A stretch of 64,000 nucleotides of DNA. Source: Puniceicoccaceae bacterium (GTDB lineage: Bacteria; Verrucomicrobiota; Verrucomicrobiia; Opitutales; Oceanipulchritudinaceae). Shown one piece after another: positions 1 to 9,794 of the stretch (position 1 is the stretch's first letter; each line of letters opens with the position of its first letter). Under the pieces are notes generated by a model that was not told the DNA's origin, did not search any database, and was given only the letters and a program-made list of their open reading frames with translations. The DNA is taken from the NCBI GenBank assembly GCA_040830765.1, contig JBFOMH010000005.1, positions 1-64,000 on the forward strand. Reading direction: 5' to 3'. The position numbers and the translations under genes are program-made.

Positions 1-532
1 CGATTGCGCTGGCAACAGCAGCTCGCAGTCGCAGGTCATCACCGTACAGGACACCAGCGCACCGGTTCTCTCCGGCGTGCCCGGCGACACCACGGTGGAA
101 TGTGACAACATTCCGGCCGCGGCCAGCCCGAGTGCCAGTGACAACTGCGATCCGAGCCCGTCGGTAAGCCTCGTCGAGGTCAGCACCAAGGGTGAATGTG
201 CGGATAACTACACCATCACCCGCACCTGGACAGCCACCGATTGCGCTGGCAACAGCAGCTCGCAGTCGCAGGTCATCACCGTACAGGACACAACTGCACC
301 GGTTCTCTTCGGAGTACCCAATGACGTCACAGTGGAGTGCGACTCGGTTCCCACAAAGGCAACCGGCGTTACCGCCTTGGATAATTGTGACAATGATGTC
401 ACCATCACTTACGGAGAAGTTCGTACCGATGGCGATTGCCCGCAAAGCTATATCCTGACCCGTACATGGACGGCCACCGATTGCGCTGGCAACAGCAGTT
501 CAGAGTCCCAGGTCATCACCGTGCAGGACACC
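1..532 (+). repeat. Intragenic tandem repeat units (237 and 240 bp spacing)
   Basis: CGATTGCGCTGGCAACAGCAG begins at 1, 238 and 478. Copies 1 and 2 are identical over about 54 nt. Confidence 0.9.
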
Positions 533-1963
533 ACTGCTCCGGTATTGAGCTTGCCTGGCGACAAGACCTTCGAGTGCTCAATGGGCGATGCTGGTACAGC
601 AACCGCCACCGACAACTGCGATCCTTCACCGGTCGTTACCTACACTGATGACGATACCGGTCTCGATAGTTGCGGTTATGGCACCATCGTCAGGACCTGG
701 AAAGCCGTTGATTGCTCAGGCAATGAGGCCATGGATACCCAGAACATCACCATTCAGGATACTACGCCTCCAACCATTGAGGCGCCACGGGGAGCCATCA
801 GGGCTTGCGGTGACTGCTGGACCTTGGATGAGATTCCAGATGCTGATCCAAGTACAGTAACCGCGTTCGACAATTGTGACGGTGAACTGGTCGCACAGGC
901 CGAGCCACTGCGCCCAATTGGTCTTAGGGACTGTGCCACTGGTGAACTGCTAGTCGACGAGTGCCCACGAGGGTGGGAACGCGTCTGGTATGTCGAAGAC
1001 TGTGCCGGTAACCGTGCTGAAGCTGTTGAGCAGTATCTCTGTCTCTCCAGCAATGAGATCACGGATTCATCACTCTGCATGTTCGACCGCACCTGTGACG
1101 AACCGGACCAGCAGTTCCGTGTTATCTACACACCGGATACCGAAAACGATCCGTACCACATGATCAGTTCGACGAATCCAGGCCAGTTCTTCTACAACAT
1201 CTTCTATGTTGGAACACCTGGCGAAGTGGTTGATGTTGAAATCTGCCTGCCGTTCCCCTTCACCACGAAGGGTGCCAATCCGATCCATGTCTATGACTGG
1301 GTGACGATTGAAGAGTGTGGCATCTTTGGTGTCCGGTTCATTCCGGGTGATGTGGTCTATACAGATTCACAGCAAATCACGCTGGAGGATCACGTCGCGC
1401 CAACGACCCCGGGTGATAACCTTGAGGGTTACTGCTTCGATGAGCTTATCAGCTTCACCGTTCCGGATACGGGAGTCGCCTACCTGAACATCCACCTCGA
1501 ATATGGAGTGGTTCACATGGGTGACTTCGACCAGGATGTGAAGCAGAATGCTGTCGATCCGCGGACCAAGAACATCTACCTCAGGAATAAGGCACCGCAT
1601 TACTTCTCATTCGGACTGTGGGATGCTTCGGCAATAGAAGACGACCCGGATATGACGGGGATGTCAGTCGCCTACAATATGAATGACTTCCAGAAGACTG
1701 CCGGTGTAACCGGACACGTCCTTGATGGCGACGGTGTGGGAGTTCCTGGCGCGGTCATTACGATGACAGCGGGCAACCGCAGAAGGGCTGATATACCCTT
1801 CAGTGTAACGACTGACGCGGATGGTGAATACTTCATCCCGTACGTCCACCAGGGTACACCGACTATGTTCAAGGTGATGCTGAACAGCCCAGGATCGCCA
1901 CAGATGAAGTCAGTCCTGCTGAAGAACAAGGGTCTTGGTGTTGTCGACTTCACCATCGATTAA
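2..1963 (+). CDS. Large Cys-rich HYR-like repeat surface protein with C-terminal carboxypeptidase-regulatory-like beta-sandwich (5' end outside window)
   Basis: The frame is open from base 2 (DCAGNSSSQSQVITVQDT...). It has ~79-aa repeats of the pattern TVEC..A.DNCD...C...ITRTWTATDCAGN...QVITVQDT. The C-terminus GVTGHVLDGDGVGVPGAVIT..VTTDADGEYF resembles CarboxypepD_reg. Confidence 0.75.
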   Translation, partial: DCAGNSSSQSQVITVQDTSAPVLSGVPGDTTVECDNIPAAASPSASDNCDPSPSVSLVEVSTKGECADNYTITRTWTATDCAGNSSSQSQVITVQDTTAPVLFGVPNDVTVECDSVPTKATGVTALDNCDNDVTITYGEVRTDGDCPQSYILTRTWTATDCAGNSSSESQVITVQDTTAPVLSLPGDKTFECSMGDAGTATATDNCDPSPVVTYTDDDTGLDSCGYGTIVRTWKAVDCSGNEAMDTQNITIQDTTPPTIEAPRGAIRACGDCWTLDEIPDADPSTVTAFDNCDGELVAQAEPLRPIGLRDCATGELLVDECPRGWERVWYVEDCAGNRAEAVEQYLCLSSNEITDSSLCMFDRTCDEPDQQFRVIYTPDTENDPYHMISSTNPGQFFYNIFYVGTPGEVVDVEICLPFPFTTKGANPIHVYDWVTIEECGIFGVRFIPGDVVYTDSQQITLEDHVAPTTPGDNLEGYCFDELISFTVPDTGVAYLNIHLEYGVVHMGDFDQDVKQNAVDPRTKNIYLRNKAPHYFSFGLWDASAIEDDPDMTGMSVAYNMNDFQKTAGVTGHVLDGDGVGVPGAVITMTAGNRRRADIPFSVTTDADGEYFIPYVHQGTPTMFKVMLNSPGSPQMKSVLLKNKGLGVVDFTID

Positions 1964-1992
1964 GATCAGGGTCCAATCGGTTTAGAATTCAC

Positions 1993-2025
1993 GAGGCCGT
2001 CTGCCAACGCAGGCGGCCTCTTTTT
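1993..2025 (+). terminator. Rho-independent terminator
   Basis: The hairpin GAGGCCGTCTGC-caac-GCAGGCGGCCTC is followed by TTTTT, downstream of the repeat-protein stop. Confidence 0.85.
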
Positions 2026-2100
2026 ATCCAGCCATTTCGGGCAATTAAACATTGCACCAATTAGGCCTATACCGGAAGAATGTCCTGTACCCGCTAATTT

Positions 2101-3654
2101 ATGCCGCAAGCAGAGCAACGTCATCCATTTCTCGAGGGCCTGAGCCGCCATCGGGGTTCACCGCCAACCATCATGGTGATTTTTGGTGCCTCCGGGGATC
2201 TGACTGCCCGGAAACTGATCCCGGGCATTTACAACCTTGCCCTGGACAGTCTCATTCCCTCGGAGTTCCACCTCATTGGCTATGGCCGCAAGCCCATTCC
2301 GGATGAGGACTTTCGCAAGCTGGCCCGCGAATCCATCGAGGAATTTTCCCGCCGCCCAATGGACGAATCGGTCTGGGGCGAGCTGGAACAAGGATTCCAT
2401 TATCACGCTGGCGGTTACGACGAGGCAGAGGCCTTCACCGGACTGGCGCAGAAGATAGAGGATCTCCAGAAACAGGCCGGCAGTGAAATGCAGTTGGTGT
2501 TCTATATCTCAACGCCTCCGGGAGTGTTTGCGCCGATCATCGAGAACCTCGGCAACTGCGGACTCGCTGCCCATTCGGTGGATGGCAACCTGGCAGCCAA
2601 GGTCATTATTGAAAAGCCTTTTGGGCGCGATCTGGATTCGGCCCGGGAATTGAATGGGGTTCTGACCCGTAATTTCGAGGAGTCGCAGGTCTATCGTATC
2701 GACCATTACCTGGGCAAGGAGACGGTCCAGAATCTCCTCGTGGCCCGGTTTGCCAATGCCATCTTCGAACCCATATGGAATCGCGAATACGTGGATTCCG
2801 TGCAGATTACGGTCGCCGAGGCCGTTGGGGTAGGGAGCCGGGGCGGTTATTACGACAACAGTGGTGCGCTGCGGGACATGATCCAGAACCACACCATGCA
2901 GCTGCTCTCCCTGATCGCCATGGAACCTCCCGTTTCGCTCGATCCGGAATCCATCCGGGACGAGAAGGTCAAGGTCCTCAAGGCTATCCAGCCGCTCGAG
3001 TTGGATCCGGTCGAGCAGGCTGATGTCGTCCGCGCTCGCTACACGGAAGGCTTGATGGACGGAAAGCGAGTTCCCGGATACATGGAAGAGGAGGGGATTC
3101 CGGAAGACTCCTCAACGGAAACCTACGCCGCTTTACGATTGGCTATCAACAACTGGCGCTGGAAGGGGGTTCCTTTCTACATGCGATCCGGCAAGCGGAT
3201 GGCCCGGCGTGTCTCGGAAATTTCGATACAATTTAAAAAACCCCCGGGAATCCTATTCTCCGACAGCCGGCAGTATGACGTCGTTCCCAATGCCCTTGTG
3301 ATTCAAGTTCAGCCGGACGAGGGAGTGACACTGCTGACTAATTCGAAGGTTCCTGGACTGGAGACCCGCACCCAACCGGTTAAAATGCACTTCCGCTATG
3401 CCACAACTTTTGGATCCAATACCCCGGAAGCCTACGAGCGGCTTATCGTCGATGCCATAGTTGGTGACAGCACCCTCTTTATCCGCGGTGACGAAACGGA
3501 GGCCTCCTGGCGGTTGGTGACGCCGGTTTTGGAGTCATGGAAGGAACTCGGCAATAGCGGCATGGCTGAATATCCCGCTGGCTCATGGGGACCAGAGGCT
3601 TCAGAGAATCTTTTGGAAACAAACGGCCATCAATGGCGCCAGATTGGGATCTGA
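2101..3654 (+). CDS. zwf: Glucose-6-phosphate 1-dehydrogenase
   Basis: Motifs IFGASGDL, IEKPFG, RIDHYLGKE, RDMIQNH and AYERL are present. Confidence 0.97.
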   Translation: MPQAEQRHPFLEGLSRHRGSPPTIMVIFGASGDLTARKLIPGIYNLALDSLIPSEFHLIGYGRKPIPDEDFRKLARESIEEFSRRPMDESVWGELEQGFHYHAGGYDEAEAFTGLAQKIEDLQKQAGSEMQLVFYISTPPGVFAPIIENLGNCGLAAHSVDGNLAAKVIIEKPFGRDLDSARELNGVLTRNFEESQVYRIDHYLGKETVQNLLVARFANAIFEPIWNREYVDSVQITVAEAVGVGSRGGYYDNSGALRDMIQNHTMQLLSLIAMEPPVSLDPESIRDEKVKVLKAIQPLELDPVEQADVVRARYTEGLMDGKRVPGYMEEEGIPEDSSTETYAALRLAINNWRWKGVPFYMRSGKRMARRVSEISIQFKKPPGILFSDSRQYDVVPNALVIQVQPDEGVTLLTNSKVPGLETRTQPVKMHFRYATTFGSNTPEAYERLIVDAIVGDSTLFIRGDETEASWRLVTPVLESWKELGNSGMAEYPAGSWGPEASENLLETNGHQWRQIGI

Positions 3655-3658
3655 TTAT

Positions 3659-4657
3659 ATGGAACGGATTTTCGACAGTTTGCCGGGTGTCTCCATGCCG
3701 GTTGAGAAAGTCTCCGAGACTTTGACCCACATGTGGGACGCAGGGATGCAAGGAAGTGAAGGTTCCACCGACTTCCGGGCATCCCAGATGAATCTCATCC
3801 TCCATCTTGGCTTGAGTACGACGGTTTCTGAAGCCGACCAGCTGTTTCAGACCGTTATTGAATTTGCCCAGAAATATCCATGCCGGATCGTTGTCCTTTG
3901 CCCGTCGGAAGTCCCTGCAGGAGAGTATGCCTTTGAGGGCAAGCTCTTCAGTCAATGCTATATTGGCAAGCACCTCCGGGATGTCTGTTGTTGCGAGGCG
4001 CTCATCCTCGGCTATTCGCCGGATGAGTCGGATTTTCTCGAGAACCAGGTCTCCATCTGGCTGGAGTCGGACCTTCCGACCTATCACTGGTTTCACAGGG
4101 TTCCAGCGGACCGGATCTCGCAGCACTATCTGGGCTTCATTGAACGCTGCCGGCGCGTCATTTTTGATGGGGAAATAGAGGGTGATGCCTACGATGCCAT
4201 TGATTGGCCGGTTCCCCAGCGCATCAAGGACCTTGCTTACGCCCGGACCCTGCCGTTACGGCAACACATGGGGCAATTCATTAGCCGTTTTCCGCCCCAG
4301 GAACTCATTGGAGGGCTGCGGTCATTGCAGTTCCAATACCATAAGGGAATGCGCCGGACAGTTCTGCAAATGCTCAAGTGGCACCGCAAGGCACTGGAAA
4401 AGTGTTTTTCCAAGCCTGCGGATATTGACTCTGTCGTCTTTGCCTTCGAACAACTGGTAGAGGAGGGGAGCGACAGTTGCATGCGCATTGAGTGGTCCTT
4501 TGAGAATCCACGGCATTTTCTGAATTGCAGCTATGATGTCTCGCTGCGCTCTGGATTGCTCCGGGCCAGTCTACCTTCCGGCCAGTTTTCACATCCGTTA
4601 CACATTGAACCCCTTCCGCCCCAGCAAAGTCTGTCTGAGGCAATGTTCTTTTGTTGA
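3659..4657 (+). CDS. opcA: G6PD assembly/effector protein OpcA
   Basis: It lies between zwf and pgl. RASQMNL, PCRIVVL, CCEAL and DLPTYHW are OpcA-like motifs. Confidence 0.75.
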   Translation: MERIFDSLPGVSMPVEKVSETLTHMWDAGMQGSEGSTDFRASQMNLILHLGLSTTVSEADQLFQTVIEFAQKYPCRIVVLCPSEVPAGEYAFEGKLFSQCYIGKHLRDVCCCEALILGYSPDESDFLENQVSIWLESDLPTYHWFHRVPADRISQHYLGFIERCRRVIFDGEIEGDAYDAIDWPVPQRIKDLAYARTLPLRQHMGQFISRFPPQELIGGLRSLQFQYHKGMRRTVLQMLKWHRKALEKCFSKPADIDSVVFAFEQLVEEGSDSCMRIEWSFENPRHFLNCSYDVSLRSGLLRASLPSGQFSHPLHIEPLPPQQSLSEAMFFC

Positions 4658-4665
4658 AAGGAATT

Positions 4666-5406
4666 ATGGAGGAGAGAAAGACAATTTACGGAAATGTCCG
4701 CATCGGCAATTTGGAGGAAATCTTCAGCCGGACGGTAGAGGTCATGGAGATCAACGCCGCGACCTGTGGGGATCCATTCACCATTGGCCTCACCGGTGGC
4801 TCAACTCCAAAGGCATTCTACACGTGGGCAGTGGAGAACGAGGCCATCAGCAAGGCTGTCCTTGAACAGGCCATGTGGAGTGTCAGTGACGAGCGGGTAG
4901 TTCCTCTGGATCATCCGGAGAGCAATTTCGGCAATGCCAACCGCCTGCTCTTAACACCCCTTGGGGTTGCCGAAGGGAGAAAGCTGAATTGGCCCATGAT
5001 GCTGGACCCACATTCATTGGCGGCCATGGTCGAACGGCGTTGGCAGGACCGGTTCGGCTACGGGCATACCTTTGACCTCTGCTTCCTGGGCATGGGGGAT
5101 GACGGGCATACGGCCTCGATATTCCCCGAAAGCCCAATGATGGGAGCCATTGCCGCAGGGACTCTTTTTGCTCCCGTTGAAGTGCCGGAAAAAGGTTGGA
5201 GGATAAGTATTACGCCGGACGGCCTCGCCGCCTGTAGTAAGATTGTCATTACCGTGACCGGAGCCGCCAAGGCCGAGCGGCTCAAGGCGGTCCTCGACGG
5301 CGAACCCGACCAATATCCTGTCCAGCTAGTTTCCCGCTTCCCGGAAAAAGTGGAGTGGCTGGTGGATACCGAGGCGGCAAAAGGACTACAGGCGTCCCGC
5401 CTGTAG
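4666..5406 (+). CDS. pgl: 6-phosphogluconolactonase
   Basis: Motifs LTGGSTP, DERVVP..HPESN and LGMGDDGHTASIFP are present. Confidence 0.93.
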   Translation: MEERKTIYGNVRIGNLEEIFSRTVEVMEINAATCGDPFTIGLTGGSTPKAFYTWAVENEAISKAVLEQAMWSVSDERVVPLDHPESNFGNANRLLLTPLGVAEGRKLNWPMMLDPHSLAAMVERRWQDRFGYGHTFDLCFLGMGDDGHTASIFPESPMMGAIAAGTLFAPVEVPEKGWRISITPDGLAACSKIVITVTGAAKAERLKAVLDGEPDQYPVQLVSRFPEKVEWLVDTEAAKGLQASRL

Positions 5407-5439
5407 GTTTCATGTACAGGCCAGAGGCCTGCACTCCTT
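5381..5439. repeat. REP-like inverted pair (family A, consensus GGASTRCAGGC-N5-GCCTGTAS)
   Basis: AAGGACTACAGGCGTCCCGCCTGTAG is followed by the inverted GTACAGGCCAGAGGCCTGCACTCCTT. The first unit recurs exactly, as reverse complement, at 37229-37254. Confidence 0.8.
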
Positions 5440-6615
5440 TTACTTCACTTCAAAGAAGATCCGCTTCCCCGCCTGGATGACCAGGGGCTCTTCCGGCTTT
5501 TCATAGGAGGTGAAGGGGTCATCCACCTTTTCATCGTTCACCTTGACGGATCCCTGCTGGATCAGGCGCCGGGCCTCCTTTTTGCTGGGAACGAGCTTTG
5601 AATTCCCAAGGAGATTGAGCAGGGACTGCGTCTCCTCCGAGGCTAGATCCTCCCAGGCGAATGTTGGCATGTCATCCGGGCGCTTATTCTGGGAGAAGAC
5701 TTTCTCAAATTGCTCCCGTTCGTGCTCGCCCTTTCCTTCGCCGAGGATTTTCGAAGTCAAGGTGACCGCTAGACGCTTTTTCAGCTCCATCGGGTGCTCG
5801 CCCTTCATCGCCTCGATTTCCGTATCCGTCTTCAGTAATAACAGGCGATAATAATCCCACATGACCTCGTCACTGATGGACATAATCTTGCCGAACATGT
5901 CCTTGGCGGTGTCGTTGAAGGCGATGTAATTGTCCTGGGACTTGGACATTTTCTTCACCCCGTCGGTACCGACGAGCAAGGGCAGGGTGAGGACGGCCTG
6001 CTCAGACTGGCCGGCATCCTTCTGCAACTGGCGCCCGACAAGGCAGTTAAAGGTCTGATCACTGCCGCCCAGCTCGACATCCGATTCAATCATCACGGAG
6101 TCGTGTCCCTGCACCAGCGGGTAGAGGAACTCAATGATGGAGATGGGCGTATTGGACTTGTAGCGCTTCGAAAAGTCATCCCGTTCCAGCATGCGGGCCA
6201 CCGTCATCTGGCGGGACAGGCCGAGACAATCCTTGAAAGACATCTCATTGAACCATTCTGAATTAAAGCGGACAGTCGTCTTCTCCGGATCGAGGACCAG
6301 ATAGGCCTGCTCGACGTAGGTCCGGGCATTTTCCTTGATTTCATCCTCCGTCAGGACAGGACGAGTGGAGGAGCGGCCCGATGGATCGCCAATGAGGGTC
6401 GTGAAGTCCCCAATGATGAGAATCGCCTCATGACCCAGGTCCTGGAACTGCCGCAGCTTGTTGAAAACCACCATGTGGCCAAACGTCAGGTCCGGCCGGG
6501 TCGGGTCCACGCCCAGTTTTACCTTCAGGCGCTGGCCGGACTTTAGCTTTTCCAGAAGCTGTTCCTCGCCGTAGAGGGCCTCGGCGTTCTGCTTGATAAC
6601 ATCAATCGGGTTCAT
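5440..6615 (-). CDS. tyrS: Tyrosine--tRNA ligase
   Basis: GVDPTRPDLTFGH (HIGH-like), ELGGSDQ and KMSKS motifs, with a C-terminal S4-like domain. Confidence 0.96.
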   Translation of the reverse strand: MNPIDVIKQNAEALYGEEQLLEKLKSGQRLKVKLGVDPTRPDLTFGHMVVFNKLRQFQDLGHEAILIIGDFTTLIGDPSGRSSTRPVLTEDEIKENARTYVEQAYLVLDPEKTTVRFNSEWFNEMSFKDCLGLSRQMTVARMLERDDFSKRYKSNTPISIIEFLYPLVQGHDSVMIESDVELGGSDQTFNCLVGRQLQKDAGQSEQAVLTLPLLVGTDGVKKMSKSQDNYIAFNDTAKDMFGKIMSISDEVMWDYYRLLLLKTDTEIEAMKGEHPMELKKRLAVTLTSKILGEGKGEHEREQFEKVFSQNKRPDDMPTFAWEDLASEETQSLLNLLGNSKLVPSKKEARRLIQQGSVKVNDEKVDDPFTSYEKPEEPLVIQAGKRIFFEVK

Positions 6616-7154
6616 GAATGGACCACAGCTTCCGAGCGCGAGGCGACAAAGTCAATAATCGCCTCATCGTCGTCGAAGTGGTCCATCACAAAAGCCAGGA
6701 ATTCCGCCGGGTGAATATTGTGCGTCTTGAAAAATTTGCGGTCGCCGCCACAGCAGTACATCAGGTCGTCCGACATCTCGCCCCTCAATTTGGCTCGCGC
6801 CTTCGGCATGAGCCGGGGCAGCCACTCGATCCCGCGCACTGCGTCGGTCTTCGGCGGCAAGTCACCCGTGTCAACCACCACCTCGCTAACCCCTTCCTTC
6901 ATCACATGGAGGTGGTAATGTCGCCGCAGTGCAGCAATGAGGAGGAAGGTTTCGAAGTCTGGCTCCCCGTGGTTGACCTGGTCTTCCGCAAAGTCAAAGA
7001 CTTCGCGTGCAGTGTGGCCATTGGCCTTCAGGAACTCCAGCTCATCGGCATCAAAGTAGGTGCCGCTTTCGCGGTTGCCAGCCTCGTACAAGGTGACTGC
7101 CTTTTCCCAGATGGTTTTCAGGTTCTTTTGAAATTCGTAGTTATTCATGGTCAT
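6612..7154 (-). CDS. DUF5069-like protein
   Basis: GIEWLPRLMPKARAKLRGEM..YCCGGDRKF resembles DUF5069. It overlaps the tyrS start by 4 nt. Confidence 0.65.
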   Translation of the reverse strand: MTMNNYEFQKNLKTIWEKAVTLYEAGNRESGTYFDADELEFLKANGHTAREVFDFAEDQVNHGEPDFETFLLIAALRRHYHLHVMKEGVSEVVVDTGDLPPKTDAVRGIEWLPRLMPKARAKLRGEMSDDLMYCCGGDRKFFKTHNIHPAEFLAFVMDHFDDDEAIIDFVASRSEAVVHS

Positions 7155-7560
7155 TTGAAGGTGATAAATCTTTCAGTTGAGAAATTAAGGGAATATCAGG
7201 AGGGGCCCATGTCAAATGCTCCGCCCATTCTGGTTCAATCCAGCGGATCTCAACGTGGTCCAGCGGGACAGGGGCTACCGGTTGAGCAGGTCGGCAGACG
7301 AAGGGCAGGAGCATCAGTTCGAATCCGTCCCCTTCATATTCCACGCCGGGCAGGGGCTTTAGTACTTCAACCTTCAGCTGGAGTTCTTCCTCCAATTCCC
7401 GATGCAACGCGTCCTCGGGCATCTCCCCGTCCTCCAACTTGCCGCCCGGAAACTCCCAGAGAAGGGGAAAGTGGCGCTTTGGATCCCGCCGGGTCGCCAG
7501 CAACTGGCCTTGATGGAAAATAAGCGCGCAGACAACTCGCATGGGGGGGATCGCAGGCAT
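7141..7560 (-). CDS. MutT/NudG-like NUDIX hydrolase
   Basis: NUDIX box WEFPGGKLEDGEMPEDALHRELEEEL is present. Start taken at MPAIPPM. Confidence 0.88.
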   Translation of the reverse strand: MPAIPPMRVVCALIFHQGQLLATRRDPKRHFPLLWEFPGGKLEDGEMPEDALHRELEEELQLKVEVLKPLPGVEYEGDGFELMLLPFVCRPAQPVAPVPLDHVEIRWIEPEWAEHLTWAPPDIPLISQLKDLSPSNDHE

Positions 7561-7657
7561 AATCAGGGGCCCTTTAAGATGGAAACAGGCCCTCAACGCG
7601 ACCCTTAAATCTTCTTCCTTCTTGCCCGGTGCGGTGGAACGCATTACCTCAAGGAGT

Positions 7658-8047
7658 ATGAAATGGATTCCCCTCATTGTTGTCATTGTCATTTTCCTCT
7701 ATGTCGCCTTGCCCAAGGTAAAGGCCATGAACCCAGAGGAGGCCGTTGCCCTTCTGAGAAAGGGTGCCTTGCTTATCGATGTGCGTACACCCGGCGAATT
7801 TGCCAGCCAGTCAGTCCCCGGTTCCACCAATTACCCCCTCGACCAAATCGAAAAGATGGTCGCCGAGGCGGAAATCAACAAGGACCAACCTATTCTGTTG
7901 TTCTGTCGGAGCGGGCGGCGATCCGGCATCGCGACGTCCAATTTAAAGTCCCTTGGCTATGAACAGGTCTACAACCTTGGCGCTTTTGGGAATGCCATGA
8001 AGACCGCCCAGTTAGCCAGTGCCGGGGAAGCTGAAAAGGACTCTTGA
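7658..8047 (+). CDS. Membrane-anchored rhodanese-domain protein
   Basis: An AAGGAG RBS precedes ATG 7658. There is an N-terminal hydrophobic helix, then IDVRTPGEF and the active-site CRSGRRS. Confidence 0.88.
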   Translation: MKWIPLIVVIVIFLYVALPKVKAMNPEEAVALLRKGALLIDVRTPGEFASQSVPGSTNYPLDQIEKMVAEAEINKDQPILLFCRSGRRSGIATSNLKSLGYEQVYNLGAFGNAMKTAQLASAGEAEKDS

Positions 8048-8049
8048 CC

Positions 8050-9702
8050 ATGGCCGATCGAATCACCGGGGAACCATTTGCCACCCGCAGCGAAGTGCTC
8101 GGGAAGAACGGCATGGTTGCCACCAGCCAGCCGTTGGCGGCTCAGGCGGGCCTGGACATTCTCAAGGGTGGGGGAAACGCCGTTGATGCCGCCATCGCCG
8201 TCAATGCCTGCCTGGGATTGATGGAGCCAACGGGGTGTGGCATCGGGGGTGACCTCTTTGTTCTTCTGTGGGACGCAAAGTCCCGACAACTGCACGGTCT
8301 CAATGCCAGTGGCCGCAGCGCCGAGGGAGCCTCCCTCGATGATATGGGACGGTTGCTTAAGTCCATGGAAATCAACAAAATACCCAACCTCGGTCCGCTC
8401 TCCGTTTCCATCCCGGGCTGTGTTGACGGGTGGTCTGTCCTTCATGAGCGGTTTGGACAACTGCCTATGGATAAAGTCCTCGCCCCGGCGATTCAGTCCG
8501 CCCGGGAAGGATTTCCGGTCACGGAGGTGATCGCTCATTACTGGGCCGCCACAGTGGAGACCCGGGCCCAGTATCCGGGATTTTTAGAGGCTTTGACCCT
8601 CGATGGACGCGCTCCGGCGAAAGGGGAGATCTGGAAAAACCCGGACCTGGCCGATACCTATGCCATCATCGCCGAACTCGGCCGGGATGCCTTTTACACA
8701 GGCGACATGGCCCGAGTCATGGCGGAGTTCCTCGAGAAACATGGTTCCTTCCTCCGCTACGAGGACTTTGCCGGCCACACGTCTGAATGGGTAAAGCCTA
8801 TTTCCACGAACTACCGCGGCTATGATGTCTGGGAACTCCCGCCAAACGGACAGGGACTGGCTGCATTGCAGATTCTCAACATCCTGGAAGGATTTGATTT
8901 TTCTCAACCCTCATTCGGCTGTGTCGACCATCTTCATGCCTTTATTGAGGCCAAGAAATTGGCTTATCACGATCGGGCATTGGAATATGCCGATCCACAC
9001 TTTCACGAAGTGCCCCTGGAACGGCTTCTTTCCAAGGATTACGCTTCAAGCCAGAGAAAGCAGATCAACCCCATGAAGGCCGCTCTCAACATTCCGCCGG
9101 ATCCGGATGAATTGCGGCAAGGCGATACCGTATACCTAGCCACGGCGGACAGTGAGGGGAACATGGTCTCCTTTATCCAGAGTAATTACCGCGGTGTCGG
9201 CTCAGGGCTCTTTCCACCAGGCCTGGGATTTGGATTCCAGAGTAGGGGATCCGGATTTTCCATGGACCCGGAACACGCCAACGCCTATGCCCCCGCGAAG
9301 CGGCCCTTCCACACCATTATCCCCGCCTTTATCGCCAAGGACGACCAACCGCTCTGCGCCTTTGGCGTCATGGGTGGAGATACCCAGCCCCAGGCCCATG
9401 CCCAGATTGTCATGAACATGGTCGATTTCGGGATGAACCTCCAGGAAGCGGGTGACGCTCCCCGTATCGTCCACTCCGGTGATTCCGATCCTTCCGGCAC
9501 CCGCATGCTCGATGGCGGGCATGTCGCCCTTGAGTCCGGATTTCCTCCGGATGCGGTCAATGAGCTGAAGGCGAGGGGACACAGCCTTATCGAGGGCAAG
9601 GGCTCTTTCGGCGGCTACCAAGCCGTCTGGCGGGATCCGGAAACCGGTGTCTATGCCGGGGCTAGTGAGTCCCGCAAGGATGGGCAGGCGGTTGGGTATT
9701 AA
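8050..9702 (+). CDS. ggt: Gamma-glutamyltransferase family protein (no signal peptide)
   Basis: Motifs GGNAVDAAIA, GIGGDLF, ELPPNGQG, the Thr nucleophile in GDTVYL, KRPFHTIIP and GVMGG are present. Confidence 0.93.
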   Translation: MADRITGEPFATRSEVLGKNGMVATSQPLAAQAGLDILKGGGNAVDAAIAVNACLGLMEPTGCGIGGDLFVLLWDAKSRQLHGLNASGRSAEGASLDDMGRLLKSMEINKIPNLGPLSVSIPGCVDGWSVLHERFGQLPMDKVLAPAIQSAREGFPVTEVIAHYWAATVETRAQYPGFLEALTLDGRAPAKGEIWKNPDLADTYAIIAELGRDAFYTGDMARVMAEFLEKHGSFLRYEDFAGHTSEWVKPISTNYRGYDVWELPPNGQGLAALQILNILEGFDFSQPSFGCVDHLHAFIEAKKLAYHDRALEYADPHFHEVPLERLLSKDYASSQRKQINPMKAALNIPPDPDELRQGDTVYLATADSEGNMVSFIQSNYRGVGSGLFPPGLGFGFQSRGSGFSMDPEHANAYAPAKRPFHTIIPAFIAKDDQPLCAFGVMGGDTQPQAHAQIVMNMVDFGMNLQEAGDAPRIVHSGDSDPSGTRMLDGGHVALESGFPPDAVNELKARGHSLIEGKGSFGGYQAVWRDPETGVYAGASESRKDGQAVGY

Positions 9703-9729
9703 AGAGATAACCACAGTATCCAGGAACAT

Positions 9730-9783
9730 GCAGGATGCCTGTACTCTATTCCAACCAAGGGTCTACAAGGCGCCCTGCCTGTA
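9730..9783. repeat. Degenerate REP family A copies
   Basis: GCAGGATGCCTGTACTC nearly matches the reverse complement of GAGTACAGGCATCTTGC at 37307. GGTCTACAAGGCGCCCTGCCTGTA is a second degenerate unit. Confidence 0.55.
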
Positions 9784-9794
9784 TAATCCCCGGC

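Noticed and set aside
1..532. CRISPR-like repeats at regular spacing
   Set aside because: The spacing is 237-240 bp, the units are in frame within a coding repeat, and there are no cas genes.
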